64,000 nt of DNA from NCBI GenBank assembly GCA_003140935.1, contig PLLJ01000052.1, positions 12,642 through 76,641 of the forward strand, in the 5' to 3' direction. A model generated the notes under the pieces. The model was given only the letters and a program-made list of their open reading frames with translations. It ran no database searches and was not told the origin of the DNA. The DNA comes from Candidatus Omnitrophota bacterium. Its GTDB lineage: Bacteria > Omnitrophota > Omnitrophia > Omnitrophales > Aquincolibacteriaceae. Below, one piece after another: positions 11,664 through 21,381 of the stretch. Position 1 is the first letter of the stretch, and every line of letters begins with the position of its first letter. The position numbers and the translations under genes are program-made.

Positions 11664-12032
11664 ATGAATTTCAAAAAAACTACTATCCGGAAGATGGCAT
11701 GGCTAATAGGAGGGATCTTCGCCCTTCTAATTTCGGCGGTTCCTGCGGCTTACGCAAAAATGGAAGACGTGCAGGTTCTCGAGAGAAAGCCCGATGAGTC
11801 AAACCCGAAGTACGAGATCGTCAAGGTGGAGGGCGGGCTTATCTTCCGCGCTCCGAAAGATATGACCTTTGTGAAACAGGATGGTGTGATCGCCCCCATA
11901 TCCACCGAAGAATATTGTCTGAGAAAATTCGATGGGGTGGAGCAACAGATCGCAGCACTCAGTAAGCGGATCAGTGCTCTTGAAAGAAAGGCGAGAACCG
12001 CGCCGGATAAGAAAAATCAAGAATCATTGTGA
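11664..12032 (+). CDS. hypothetical exported protein with C-terminal coiled coil
   Basis: Signal peptide ending AYA and a heptad C-terminus (VEQQIAALSKRISALE). Confidence 0.65.
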   Translation: MNFKKTTIRKMAWLIGGIFALLISAVPAAYAKMEDVQVLERKPDESNPKYEIVKVEGGLIFRAPKDMTFVKQDGVIAPISTEEYCLRKFDGVEQQIAALSKRISALERKARTAPDKKNQESL

Positions 12033-13478
12033 CGGGGGGTTGTCGGACCGGGCTTTTATCGGCAATTCAAAAACAAAGTAGCTTCCTTTTCCTTCCTGGC
12101 TTTCCACCCAGATCTTTCCGCCGTGCAATTCTACGATCTCTTTGGCGATGGTAAGACCGAGCCCCGTGCCGCTCACCCCTTGCATCGACTTGGACTCGAT
12201 GCGCGAGAACTTTTCGAAAAGTTTTTGAAAATCTTTCTTGGCGATCCCCGGGCCGTTATCGCGGACGCCGAGTTCGATCCTTTCGGGGCTCGTAGCAGGT
12301 TTTCCTATGATCGTGACCGTTCCGCCGTTAGGGGTGAACTTCAGGGCGTTGCCGATGAGATTGGTTAGCACCTGGCCGATCCGGTCCCTATCAGCCTCGA
12401 TCTCCAGCGATTCGTCAACCTCCGCCTGGATCGTAATCTCCTTTGTTTTGCTCCAAGCCCCGAATTCGTTGACGAGGGTATAGACAAGGTCACTGACGCG
12501 AAAGAGAGCCGGTTTGATAGTAAATTTTTTTGCTTCGAGCTTTGAGAGATCCAAAAGGTCGTTAATGAGCCGGGAAAGCCGCTGGACGTTGTTGAGGGCG
12601 ATCGTGACGAATTTTTCCTGACTCGGGGTCAGCTTGTTGATCGAGCTATCGCACAGGATCTGGAGGGATCCCTTAATGCAGGTAATGGGCGTTCGAAGTT
12701 CGTGGGAAATGCTGGTCAGGAAGGCGTTCTTAAGGGCTTCCAGTTCTTTTTGCTTCGTGACGTCGGAGATCACAGAGACGAAACCCACGGTCTTGCCGTC
12801 CTCGCTTTCAATGACGGCGTTGCTGGCCTGCAGCACTTTTTTTACTTGATCACTTTTACTTTGGACCACGATTTCTTTGCTTTTTGTCGAATCGGCCGGT
12901 TGTTGCACCAAACTGACCAACTGTTCTTCTTTGAGATCGTTTAAAATCGATTGGCCGATCCTGTCTTCCTTCTTTACCCCCAATAATTTTTCGGCGGCCG
13001 GGTTCATCAGCATGATCTCGCCCTTTTTGTTTACCATGATCACGCCTTCGGCCATGGAACGGACGACCTCTTCAGTCTGTTTCTTTTCTTCCCCTAATTC
13101 TTTGAACGAGGTGTCAAGTTTCTGATAGCGCTCACTTACCACTTGGAATTGTTTTTCAACGAAGTTGATGGACTTGTCTTTTTCTTCGAGTAAGTGCGTG
13201 AAGTGTTCGTTGATCTCGGTTGTTTTCTCCATGACTTTTTTCTCAACTTCTGCGGTGACTACAGAGGCGATCTTTTTCGTGAGGGCGCTAACGTGCTGGG
13301 AATTTCCCGAGATGTGTTTTTTGAGTTCCTGTTCAAGATCCTGTGAAGTTTCTCTAGAGACGGCGGGGATGGAGAGGCTCACGGTCGCTTTTTTTTTGGC
13401 GAGGCCATGGGCCAGGAAAAGGGCGAAGGCGACGGCAAAAAATGTAACGGTCAAAAACGCTAATACAATGGGATCCAT
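12024..13478 (-). CDS. membrane-anchored PAS sensor histidine kinase
   Basis: N-terminal TM, coiled coil, PAS (EGVIMVN...MNPAAEKLLG), H-box SHELRTP, N-box NLIGNALKF, DNGPGI and GTGLGL. Confidence 0.95.
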   Translation of the reverse strand: MDPIVLAFLTVTFFAVAFALFLAHGLAKKKATVSLSIPAVSRETSQDLEQELKKHISGNSQHVSALTKKIASVVTAEVEKKVMEKTTEINEHFTHLLEEKDKSINFVEKQFQVVSERYQKLDTSFKELGEEKKQTEEVVRSMAEGVIMVNKKGEIMLMNPAAEKLLGVKKEDRIGQSILNDLKEEQLVSLVQQPADSTKSKEIVVQSKSDQVKKVLQASNAVIESEDGKTVGFVSVISDVTKQKELEALKNAFLTSISHELRTPITCIKGSLQILCDSSINKLTPSQEKFVTIALNNVQRLSRLINDLLDLSKLEAKKFTIKPALFRVSDLVYTLVNEFGAWSKTKEITIQAEVDESLEIEADRDRIGQVLTNLIGNALKFTPNGGTVTIIGKPATSPERIELGVRDNGPGIAKKDFQKLFEKFSRIESKSMQGVSGTGLGLTIAKEIVELHGGKIWVESQEGKGSYFVFELPIKARSDNPPSQ

Positions 13479-13671
13479 GAAAACGCGTTTTCCTCTGATG
13501 ACTAAGGATTCAAACGCTTCATTGTATTGATGAAACGGAGGCTTGTCAGCTAATAATTTATCACGTAAAGCGAGCAATTCATTCGTGAAATTTTCCTCGG
13601 CCTCAAGGGGCGCATTTTTTCTTCGCTCTCATCCTTTTTTAAATGAATAAGTTGCGAAGTCCGGGAGGTGT

Positions 13672-13698
13672 TTAAAGTACTTAAGGTAGTTACTTTAA
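13672..13698. promoter_or_regulatory. inverted repeat, candidate operator in the divergent promoter region
   Basis: TTAAAGTA-N11-TACTTTAA, 40 bp upstream of the MerR-like gene. Confidence 0.45.
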
Positions 13699-13738
13699 GT
13701 GCCGAAAACGTATCCGAAGTCAATCATGAGGGGAAATT

Positions 13739-13993
13739 ATGAAGACTGATATTGTGGAGTGTCTGAGCGCCCAGGAGATCGGGGAAAAATTTGAAATCCC
13801 TTATTCCAAGATCAATTATTACACTTGTCTGGGACTTTTTGACATTGTGCGTAAGGTCGGCAATAAACGCCTCTATGACGGGGAGCAGGTCAAGCACCGG
13901 TTTCAGACCATTTCACGCCTGGTCAACGAGGGGTATCCGCTTTCGTTGATCCGGAAGAAATTGTCCGGAGGGAACGGGCATGAGTTACTATAA
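13739..13993 (+). CDS. small MerR-like helix-turn-helix protein
   Basis: LSAQEIGEKFEIPYSKINYY..LGL...GNKRLY...GYPLSLIR fits the MerR HTH pattern. No effector domain. Confidence 0.75.
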   Translation: MKTDIVECLSAQEIGEKFEIPYSKINYYTCLGLFDIVRKVGNKRLYDGEQVKHRFQTISRLVNEGYPLSLIRKKLSGGNGHELL

Positions 13994-14843
13994 AATCTTT
14001 GGATTTCAGAAGGAACCCTTTTCGACAAGTCCGGACCCTGATTTCTTCTACTTATCGAAGGCCCACGATGCGGCGTTGACCAATATCCTGATCGAACTCC
14101 GCCTCAAGCGCGGGTTGGGGGTCATTTTAGGGGACGTCGGGACGGGGAAAACAACGCTCTCCCGGAAACTCATTCAAGAGCTTAAAAACCGGGAAGACTG
14201 CCTGTTCCATATGATCCTGGATCCTTCCTTTGATGATCCCGTTCTATTCTTAAGCTGCATCTCTAAAAATTTCGGGATTCCGATCACGGACAATATGTCG
14301 ATCCTGTCCTTAAGGGAGGCCCTCGAAAGATTCCTTTTTCAAAAGGCCGTGGTCGAAGGCAAAACGGTGATCTTGATCGTGGACGAAGCGCAGAAGTTGA
14401 GCGAGTCCTCGCTCGAAAATCTCCGGGTTCTTTTAAACTATGAAACGAATGAGTTTAAATTGCTGCAATTGGTGCTGTTAGGCCAACTTGAACTGCAGTC
14501 TAAGATCAAAGAGATCGCCAATTTTTTTGATCGGATCAGTTATAAAGGAAAACTGGAGGCATTGGATTTTAAGGAAATGAAGGAAATGATCTTCTTCCGG
14601 ATCAAACAGGCGGGATATGAATCCGATATGAATATTTTCCTGGAGGATGCCTTGTATTGCATCTATGAAGCGACAGGGGGACACCCCCGGCAGGTGACCA
14701 TGCTTTGCCATCGGGCCTTGAAAACCTTGCTGTTCAAGAACAAACTCGTCGTAGACTCTCAAGTCATCGAGGAGCTTATCCAAGAGGATGTGAAAACAGG
14801 ATGGCAACGAACGAGTCCCTTACTCCAGAAAAGCAGCTATTAA
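13980..14843 (+). CDS. ExeA/GspA-family AAA ATPase
   Basis: YYKIFGFQKEPFSTSPDPDFFY, GDVGTGKT, IVDEAQ, LLQLVLLGQ and TGGHPR. No peptidoglycan-binding C-terminal domain. Confidence 0.9.
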   Translation: MSYYKIFGFQKEPFSTSPDPDFFYLSKAHDAALTNILIELRLKRGLGVILGDVGTGKTTLSRKLIQELKNREDCLFHMILDPSFDDPVLFLSCISKNFGIPITDNMSILSLREALERFLFQKAVVEGKTVILIVDEAQKLSESSLENLRVLLNYETNEFKLLQLVLLGQLELQSKIKEIANFFDRISYKGKLEALDFKEMKEMIFFRIKQAGYESDMNIFLEDALYCIYEATGGHPRQVTMLCHRALKTLLFKNKLVVDSQVIEELIQEDVKTGWQRTSPLLQKSSY

Positions 14844-15481
14844 AGCTCATTGAAAACCCGAAACAAGCGTCGGTGCGCGTTGAAAGCGCAAAGCGCGAGG
14901 GGAAGAAATGGTTTTCTTTTCCCGCGTTCAAGGGACGCCTGGATTTTTGGAAGGGCACTTCGGTAAAACAATGGTTTTCGCTGAAGAGGTTCTCCCAAAG
15001 TGCCCATGGCTTGGAGCGGATCAATGTCGTCTTGAAGGTCTTGATCGTTCTTGTGGCGATTTATACGGGCTACAGTGTTTTCGAAATGGCCAAGGGGATC
15101 AAGAGTGCGGCCAATTTGATCCTGACACCCGATGCCGTAACGCTGGACATACCGGCGCCGGTTACGGGTTTGCAGAGCGTTTCTTATTATTTAGAAAAAA
15201 TAAAAGGCCGGAACATCTTCGTTCCGGTGCAGCCTGAGACGAAAGTGGTAGAGGAAAAAGCGGCGGATGAAGGAGTCCCGCAGGAGGATCCCTTCAAAGA
15301 TTTTTCATTGGTCGGGATCGCCTGGTCGAATGACCCGGAAGCCATGATTGAAGATACGAAGCTTAACAAGACGTTTTTCATGAAGCGAGGGCAGTCCATG
15401 GCGAACGGGGTCCGGGTTGTGACGATCTTCAAGGACAAGGTGATTTTGGGTTATAAGGATAAAGAGTCGGAATTACGCTAA
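14801..15481 (+). CDS. GspC/PilP-like protein
   Basis: Single TM, RNIF, then an HR-like domain (LVGIAWSNDPEAMIED...GVRVVTIFKDKVIL). Sits directly before the secretin. Confidence 0.7.
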   Translation: MATNESLTPEKQLLKLIENPKQASVRVESAKREGKKWFSFPAFKGRLDFWKGTSVKQWFSLKRFSQSAHGLERINVVLKVLIVLVAIYTGYSVFEMAKGIKSAANLILTPDAVTLDIPAPVTGLQSVSYYLEKIKGRNIFVPVQPETKVVEEKAADEGVPQEDPFKDFSLVGIAWSNDPEAMIEDTKLNKTFFMKRGQSMANGVRVVTIFKDKVILGYKDKESELR

Positions 15482-15498
15482 CGGATCGGATTTCAAAA

Positions 15499-17295
15499 AT
15501 GAAAATAAAACAGACAGTTAAAAATGCGGTTCTGATCTTTTCGAGCTTTGTCCTGCTCGTGGGTGTTGCGAACGTATTTGCAGCCATGGATGTTCCGAAA
15601 GATGCGGCAAAAAAGGAAGCGAAGCCCATCGAGGGATTCAGTCCGGTGGCTCCGGCAGGGAAGGAAGAAGGTTCGGAAGAGGCCGTTGTATCTTCGGATC
15701 GGATCTCCCTCGATCTCCGGAGCATTGAAATTTCGGAGGCTTTGCGGTTTTTGGCGACACGAGCCAAATTGAACATGGTCATCAGCAAGGCGGTTTCGGG
15801 GCGCTTGTTCCTCGTTCTGAACGATGTTCCTATCAAGGATGTGTTGGATATCATTCTTTTAAGCAGCGGGCTGGCCTATGACAAAACGGGAGAGATCTAT
15901 CAGATCATGACCGACGCGGAGTATAAAACGAAATATGGGAGGAATTTTTCCGATGCCCGGCAAGTCAAGATCTTCCATCTCCAGTATGCTGTTCCGGACA
16001 ATGTTTTTGCGGCGATCGAGGTGTTCAAAAGTGAGATCGGAAGGATCCTGGTGGATAAAGAGTCCGGGATGGTCTTGGTGATGGAAACGCCGGAAAATAT
16101 GGCCGAGATCGAAAAGGTGATCAACAGCTTGGACAAAAAAAGAGTGATCAAATCTTTTTTTCTTCAGTATGCCAAAGTGAAGGAAGTGGAAGAGAGATTG
16201 AGACCGCAACTTAACGATAAAGGCACCGGGACCGTCCAGGCAGATGAGCGCACGAATCAGATTATCGTTCAGGCTTATCCGGAACGCATGGTTCAAATAG
16301 AGGAACTTATCAAGTCTTTGGATAAGAAGACCAAAGAGGTTCTGATCGTTGCAAAGATCATCCGGGTTGCCTTGTTGGACACTTTTGATGCGGAGATCCA
16401 ATGGGAAGGTCTTTTCAAGGATATTAATCTCCTGCCGGGTTTTCAGCAGGGATGGATGGGGAGTCACGAGAACAATGCATTGGCGCGCACGGGGAACAGT
16501 TTTGTGGATGATTTTATCAATATCCCGCCCACAACTCGTCCTCCAGAGGGCGGGAAGGTTTTTCCGACCTCAAATATGGTCGTGGGACAAACGGGAGTGG
16601 ATGGGGGCTATGAGGTTCTTTTTAAATTTTTGCAAACGATCGGAAATTCTCGAGTGCTCTCAAGTCCCCGCATTACGGTCACGAATAATCAGGAGGCCAA
16701 GATCCATGTCGGGGAACGCCAGGCGTATATCACTTCTACGACCACGACAGGGAGTACGGGGCAGAATACGGTCGCGGAAAGCGTGACCTTCGTGGACGTC
16801 GGCATCGAGCTTTCCGTGACGCCGACCATCAACGACGACGGTTTTATCACGTTGAAGATCAAGCCTTCGATCTCGAGCGTAAAGGATACACTGGTGACGG
16901 CCTCAGGGAACAAGATCCCGATCATTGATACGTCCGAGGCGGAAACAACGGTCATGGTCAAGGACCAGACTAGTGTCGTGATCGCAGGGCTCCGGAAAGA
17001 TGAATGGACGGACACCAAATCGCAAGTGCCTTATTTTGCGAAGCTCCCCATTTTTGGAGGTCTGTTTAAATCAGGTTCTAATGCAAAAGATCGTACAGAA
17101 GTGATCGTTCTTCTAACGCCCCATATTGTTGGTGGTGAAAAATTCATGACCGGTGAGTCCTCAAAGCCTATAGACAACCTGAATGATTACCGGGGGTATT
17201 CTTCCTTGACTCTAGATAACAAAATACGGTCGGGGGACTCGCCCGGCACCATCACCAAGCTTATGAAAAAACTTTCCTTAACTTCTCATGATTAG
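15499..17295 (+). CDS. outer-membrane secretin (GspD/PilQ family)
   Basis: Signal peptide, ISLDL N0 domain, N3 repeats (ADERTNQIIV), LSSPRITVTNNQEAKIHVG, VGIELSVTPTI, VPYFAKLPIFGGLF and LLTPHIV. Confidence 0.95.
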   Translation: MKIKQTVKNAVLIFSSFVLLVGVANVFAAMDVPKDAAKKEAKPIEGFSPVAPAGKEEGSEEAVVSSDRISLDLRSIEISEALRFLATRAKLNMVISKAVSGRLFLVLNDVPIKDVLDIILLSSGLAYDKTGEIYQIMTDAEYKTKYGRNFSDARQVKIFHLQYAVPDNVFAAIEVFKSEIGRILVDKESGMVLVMETPENMAEIEKVINSLDKKRVIKSFFLQYAKVKEVEERLRPQLNDKGTGTVQADERTNQIIVQAYPERMVQIEELIKSLDKKTKEVLIVAKIIRVALLDTFDAEIQWEGLFKDINLLPGFQQGWMGSHENNALARTGNSFVDDFINIPPTTRPPEGGKVFPTSNMVVGQTGVDGGYEVLFKFLQTIGNSRVLSSPRITVTNNQEAKIHVGERQAYITSTTTTGSTGQNTVAESVTFVDVGIELSVTPTINDDGFITLKIKPSISSVKDTLVTASGNKIPIIDTSEAETTVMVKDQTSVVIAGLRKDEWTDTKSQVPYFAKLPIFGGLFKSGSNAKDRTEVIVLLTPHIVGGEKFMTGESSKPIDNLNDYRGYSSLTLDNKIRSGDSPGTITKLMKKLSLTSHD

Positions 17296-18259
17296 ACTCC
17301 TTCTGTTCATCAAACGTCATGCTTGGCCGATCGCCTTTGTGCTCCTCCTCGGTATCGGCATCCTTCTGGGGACCATTTTTTATTGGTTCCCTTTTCGCGG
17401 TGCGCAAGCAGAAACATTCGCGCTTGAGCGGCAGCTCAAAGAAGAGAAAATAGAGAAAGCGAGTCTCCAGAAACTTTTTGATACATTAAAAGAAAAATAC
17501 AAGACACTTGAGGCGGACCGGGACAACATTATGGCTCAAGCCAAGCAGCTACTCGTCGAGAAAGACACTCTCACGAACGTGGAGAATCAATACAAGACAC
17601 TGACGGCCGAAAACCAGAAACTTCTTGGGGATCACAAGGAGCTGGAAAAATCGTACAAAACTGTTCAAGCTCAAGCAGGTGACTTAAAAAGATCGCTTGA
17701 AGCGGCATTAGCCGAAGCGGCGGCCAGCAAAGCGGAAATCGCCAGGATCAAGCAAGAAAATGAAAACAAAATCCTGGAATTTAAAGACAGCGCCGGACAG
17801 ATTAAAAAACTCGAAGAAGATGTGGCTTATTACAAAGGATTTCAGGAGAGTTTTTTAAGCCTGAGCCAATCCTATGATACGCTCAAGAAGGAACGGAAGT
17901 TTCTGGAGGGACAGTTGGACAATCTTCCGAAGAAATTCTCAAAAATGGCCCGGGAGAACAAGATCCTCATTAAAGAAACGGGGGATATGCATTACAATCT
18001 GGGTGTCTTCTATGCGGGGGAAATGAACTATGATCGCGCGATCGAGGAGTTTAAAAAGGCGGTCGATATCAATCCCAACGACGCAAAAGCCCTCTATAAT
18101 CTTGGTTATATTTATGCGGAGCAGCGCGAGGACAGAAAAAATGCCGAGTATTATTTCCGGATCTTTTTAGGTTTGGCTCCCAAGGACCCCAATGCGGATC
18201 AGGTGAAAAATTACTTGGTGTCGCGAGACGTCTTCAGTACGAATGTGTTGAAATCATAA
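17288..18259 (+). CDS. membrane-anchored coiled-coil plus TPR protein
   Basis: N-terminal TM, long heptad region and C-terminal TPRs (HYNLGVFY, LYNLGYIY). Overlaps the secretin stop. Confidence 0.8.
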   Translation: MIRLLLFIKRHAWPIAFVLLLGIGILLGTIFYWFPFRGAQAETFALERQLKEEKIEKASLQKLFDTLKEKYKTLEADRDNIMAQAKQLLVEKDTLTNVENQYKTLTAENQKLLGDHKELEKSYKTVQAQAGDLKRSLEAALAEAAASKAEIARIKQENENKILEFKDSAGQIKKLEEDVAYYKGFQESFLSLSQSYDTLKKERKFLEGQLDNLPKKFSKMARENKILIKETGDMHYNLGVFYAGEMNYDRAIEEFKKAVDINPNDAKALYNLGYIYAEQREDRKNAEYYFRIFLGLAPKDPNADQVKNYLVSRDVFSTNVLKS

Positions 18260-18299
18260 TTGCTGTATGCTAGCCTATGGCCCAACGGAGGGTCGAAAA

Positions 18300-18968
18300 A
18301 TGAGAAAGTCTTCTATGGCTGTAGTTTTTAGCATATTTCTTTTTGTTGCTTTCGTAAGTGGCACTGCCGAAAAGTGTTTCGCAGAGTCAAATGTTTTGTC
18401 CACACTCACCGGCAAAAAGAGTCCCTCAAAAAGTCCTTCCAAGAAAGACGATGCGGCGCGTGATGCCCTACGCAAGATAATCTTAGAAAAAAAAGGCGAA
18501 CTCAACGGCTCGTCTTGGAGCATTAAGATCGATTCTCAGTCAAAGAAAGGCGCATTGCTCGGGGAGGATACGCTCAACTTCCAAAATGACAAGTTCTCAT
18601 CTGAAAGCTCCAATAAGATCGGTTATACCTCCACCAATTATACCTTGACCGTCCAAGAGTCGGGGCCGACGATCTGGGAGACGATGCAAACATCCAAAAA
18701 AGGCGAAGTTTGTTTCTGGCGCGGTGAGTGGAAAGACAACGTAATGACGGGTATCATCAGCCGACAGCTTGAAAAAGGCGCCGAAGAATATTATTTTAGC
18801 AGCTCTTCGAGGAAAGATATCCCCAAGACTACCGAAGAAAAAGAAGGGGCTCAGATAAATCCATCGCAGGAAACGACTCAGGGAGCGGCAACGGACGTGC
18901 TTGGCGGCGCGGTTGTTCCAACTCAGAAAAGTGTTCCGGCAGCAAAAAAGAAAACGGGCTGGTTTTAG
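18300..18968 (+). CDS. hypothetical exported protein
   Basis: GGAGG SD before ATG 18300 (alternative start 18267), signal peptide and a beta-rich core. Confidence 0.7.
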   Translation: MRKSSMAVVFSIFLFVAFVSGTAEKCFAESNVLSTLTGKKSPSKSPSKKDDAARDALRKIILEKKGELNGSSWSIKIDSQSKKGALLGEDTLNFQNDKFSSESSNKIGYTSTNYTLTVQESGPTIWETMQTSKKGEVCFWRGEWKDNVMTGIISRQLEKGAEEYYFSSSSRKDIPKTTEEKEGAQINPSQETTQGAATDVLGGAVVPTQKSVPAAKKKTGWF

Positions 18969-19158
18969 TTGCTTCCTTAAGTCTCCGCTTCACTTTCCAC
19001 GCTTTCAGGATTTTGGCTGTAGTGTCAGGTAAGGGTTCCAACGAAGGGTGCTGCCTTCCCATTCTTTAAGTTCTGATTTTTCCAGGCTTCTTTATTCCAG
19101 CGTCTATTGTGCCCAGTCTCATGGATCACATCGGCGCCTATAAGCAAGTGGCATTTGG

Positions 19159-19653
19159 TTAACCCACCAAGACGCCGGGGGTTTTTTCCTTCGCTTCCGG
19201 GGTGTTATTTTCATTCTCTTCCGGTTTGTCAAAACTAATCTCGGTGATCCTGTTCTTATCCCGGAAAGTGTAATACTCGAGGGTCACATAATCGCCCGGA
19301 GCGAGATCGCTTAGATCATCGATGCCTGTGAGGGTTGTGTCGGATGTGAAGTGATAGTCCTGCGCGGCATCCTCATCGTCATCTTCCTCCTCTTTGTTTT
19401 CAACCTCATCCGTAGAGAGAAGAGACAAGACCTTTATATTCGGATCAATGCTTGTGATCCGCCCATAGACACTGGAACTCAATTCTTCGGCGGCTGATTT
19501 TTCCTCAGAGGTTATTTCCTCCTGGGCGTTTCTCTCGGCTTCCTGTTCGTCCCAAGGTTGGGCATTGGAGCTTGCCAGCAATAAGCGGGGAGCTAACATG
19601 AGATTCAGCGCGCATAATAATGAGAGTAAACGAAGCAGATGCAGCGGTTTCAT
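19159..19653 (-). CDS. hypothetical acidic exported protein (OB-fold-like)
   Basis: Signal peptide, VYGRITSIDP...LSDLAPGDYVTLEY and an acidic loop. Confidence 0.65.
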   Translation of the reverse strand: MKPLHLLRLLSLLCALNLMLAPRLLLASSNAQPWDEQEAERNAQEEITSEEKSAAEELSSSVYGRITSIDPNIKVLSLLSTDEVENKEEEDDDEDAAQDYHFTSDTTLTGIDDLSDLAPGDYVTLEYYTFRDKNRITEISFDKPEENENNTPEAKEKTPGVLVG

Positions 19654-19801
19654 AATACCTCATTCATTCAAGGTTGAATCAGGTCTTTTAGAGTCTTCAA
19701 AATACCGATTTATCGTTCATTTTGCAATGATTTTCGATCCTGGCCGCGATCTATCCGCTTCGAAAGTGGACGGGATGTCTTAAGCAGGATACAATCCTCT
19801 C

Positions 19802-20584
19802 ATGTTGATTGACACGCATCTTCATTTACAGGATATCAAAGAGCTGCCGATCCGCGCGAGCATTATGAAGTTGGCGCAGGATTTTAAGGTTGGGCAATTC
19901 GTGTGTAATGGCACCCGCCCGGATGATTGGCCGGTGGTGGAGGAGGTTGCGCGGGCAGACCGGCGGGTTGTGCCGTTCTTTGGGGTTCATCCGTGGTATG
20001 CAGACAAACTTCCGACGGATTGGCACGTGATGCTGGAAGGATTTCTCAAACGAAGGCCGGATTCAGGAATCGGTGAGGCGGGCCTTGATAAGGCGCGCCA
20101 TGTCGATTTCGCGAGACAAACCGAGGTCTTTCACCAGCAGCTTGAGATCGCGGGACGCTTGGGGCGGCCTCTCGCGATCCATTGTGTGCGGGCATGGAGC
20201 GATCTCTTGAATGTTTTGAGAAGGAGCCTTCCTCCCAAGACACGTTTTATGATCCATTCTTTCCAAGGTTCTCAGCAGGTGTTACGGGATTTCTTGAGCC
20301 TTGGGGCGTATATCTCGTTTTCATGGAAAAGTCTCCAACGTGATACCGAAGAGTCGATCGCTTTGATGCGGAATGTACCTCTCGACCGGCTGCTTCTTGA
20401 AACGGACTTTCCCTATACGGAACCGGAACAGATCGGTCCGGACGCGCATGACGAGAAATATTTTGAAAGTCTTCAGGGAGTTTATAACCTTGCGGTGCGC
20501 GCGAAAGGGATCGAAGAAGGCACTTTAGAGAAAGCGGTGTGGGCGAATGGAACGGCTTTTCTGTCTGGAACTCCTGCTCGGTAA
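19802..20584 (+). CDS. tatD: TatD-family hydrolase/nuclease
   Basis: DTHLHL, GVHPW, IGEAGLD, IHCVRA, HSF and LLETDFP. Confidence 0.93.
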   Translation: MLIDTHLHLQDIKELPIRASIMKLAQDFKVGQFVCNGTRPDDWPVVEEVARADRRVVPFFGVHPWYADKLPTDWHVMLEGFLKRRPDSGIGEAGLDKARHVDFARQTEVFHQQLEIAGRLGRPLAIHCVRAWSDLLNVLRRSLPPKTRFMIHSFQGSQQVLRDFLSLGAYISFSWKSLQRDTEESIALMRNVPLDRLLLETDFPYTEPEQIGPDAHDEKYFESLQGVYNLAVRAKGIEEGTLEKAVWANGTAFLSGTPAR

Positions 20585-21296
20585 GGAAAAGGTCGAGCGG
20601 ATCAAAAAAGCTTTTGTCGTGGTGATCGGGATCGGCGCGGTGGGAAGTTACGCGACCGAGGCTCTCGCGCGTTCCGGTGTCCGTCACCTCAGACTTGTGG
20701 ATTTTGATACGATCAAAGTCACCAACTTTAACCGCCACATACTTGCCATTACGCCCAATCTCGGAAAACTCAAGGCGGAAGCTGCCCGCGAACGTATTGC
20801 CCAGATCAATCCCCATTGCAAGGTCGATGTGGTGAACGCATTCGCAGCCGAAGAAACGATGGAACGCATTGTCGAAGGGAAACCCGACCTTGTGATCGAT
20901 GCCGTAGATTCCCTGAATCCCAAAACGCAGATCCTCGCTTACTGTCACGAGAAAAAGATCCCCGTGATCTCCTCCATGGGCGCCGCGCTCCGGATGAACA
21001 TTTTTTCGATCAAAGCGGGAGATCTTTTCAAAACGACCGGTTGCCCGCTCGCGCGTTATGTTCGCTCGCGCTTGAGGCGGCGGGGGATCAAGAAAGGCAT
21101 TTTCTGCATTTATTCCGATACGCCGGTCTCAGAGGAACCCATCCAGAAGACCCGGATCCTCAACGCGGAACAGGATAACGATCGCGGTCGCCAGCGCATG
21201 AAATTGGGCAGTACGCCGACCGTGACCGGCGCTTTTGGCCTTGCCGTGGCTCATCATGCCCTCCTTTATCTCACCGGCGATCTGAAGCTCGGATAA
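20547..21296 (+). CDS. tcdA: tRNA threonylcarbamoyladenosine dehydratase (ThiF/E1-like)
   Basis: GIGAVGSYATEALARSG, DFD...TNFNR, DAVD, ISSMGAA and CPLARYVR. Confidence 0.85.
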   Translation: MERLFCLELLLGKEKVERIKKAFVVVIGIGAVGSYATEALARSGVRHLRLVDFDTIKVTNFNRHILAITPNLGKLKAEAARERIAQINPHCKVDVVNAFAAEETMERIVEGKPDLVIDAVDSLNPKTQILAYCHEKKIPVISSMGAALRMNIFSIKAGDLFKTTGCPLARYVRSRLRRRGIKKGIFCIYSDTPVSEEPIQKTRILNAEQDNDRGRQRMKLGSTPTVTGAFGLAVAHHALLYLTGDLKLG

Positions 21297-21345
21297 TCCC
21301 TGTTTTTTTACATGACTTTGTGGGAATATCTGATATACTTCGTGG

Positions 21346-21360
21346 CATGAATAATTCATG
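21346..21360. promoter_or_regulatory. 7-1-7 palindrome, probable MarR operator
   Basis: CATGAAT-A-ATTCATG lies between a -10-like TATACT and the GGAGG SD of marR. Confidence 0.6.
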
Positions 21361-21381
21361 TATTAAATTAATGGAGGGGTT

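Noticed and set aside
19802-21296. TatD plus E1-like pair as an anti-phage system (Qat/CBASS-like)
   Set aside because: The ThiF protein has TcdA features (SSMGAA, CPLAR). No E2, JAB, cyclase or QueC genes are nearby, and the context is housekeeping.
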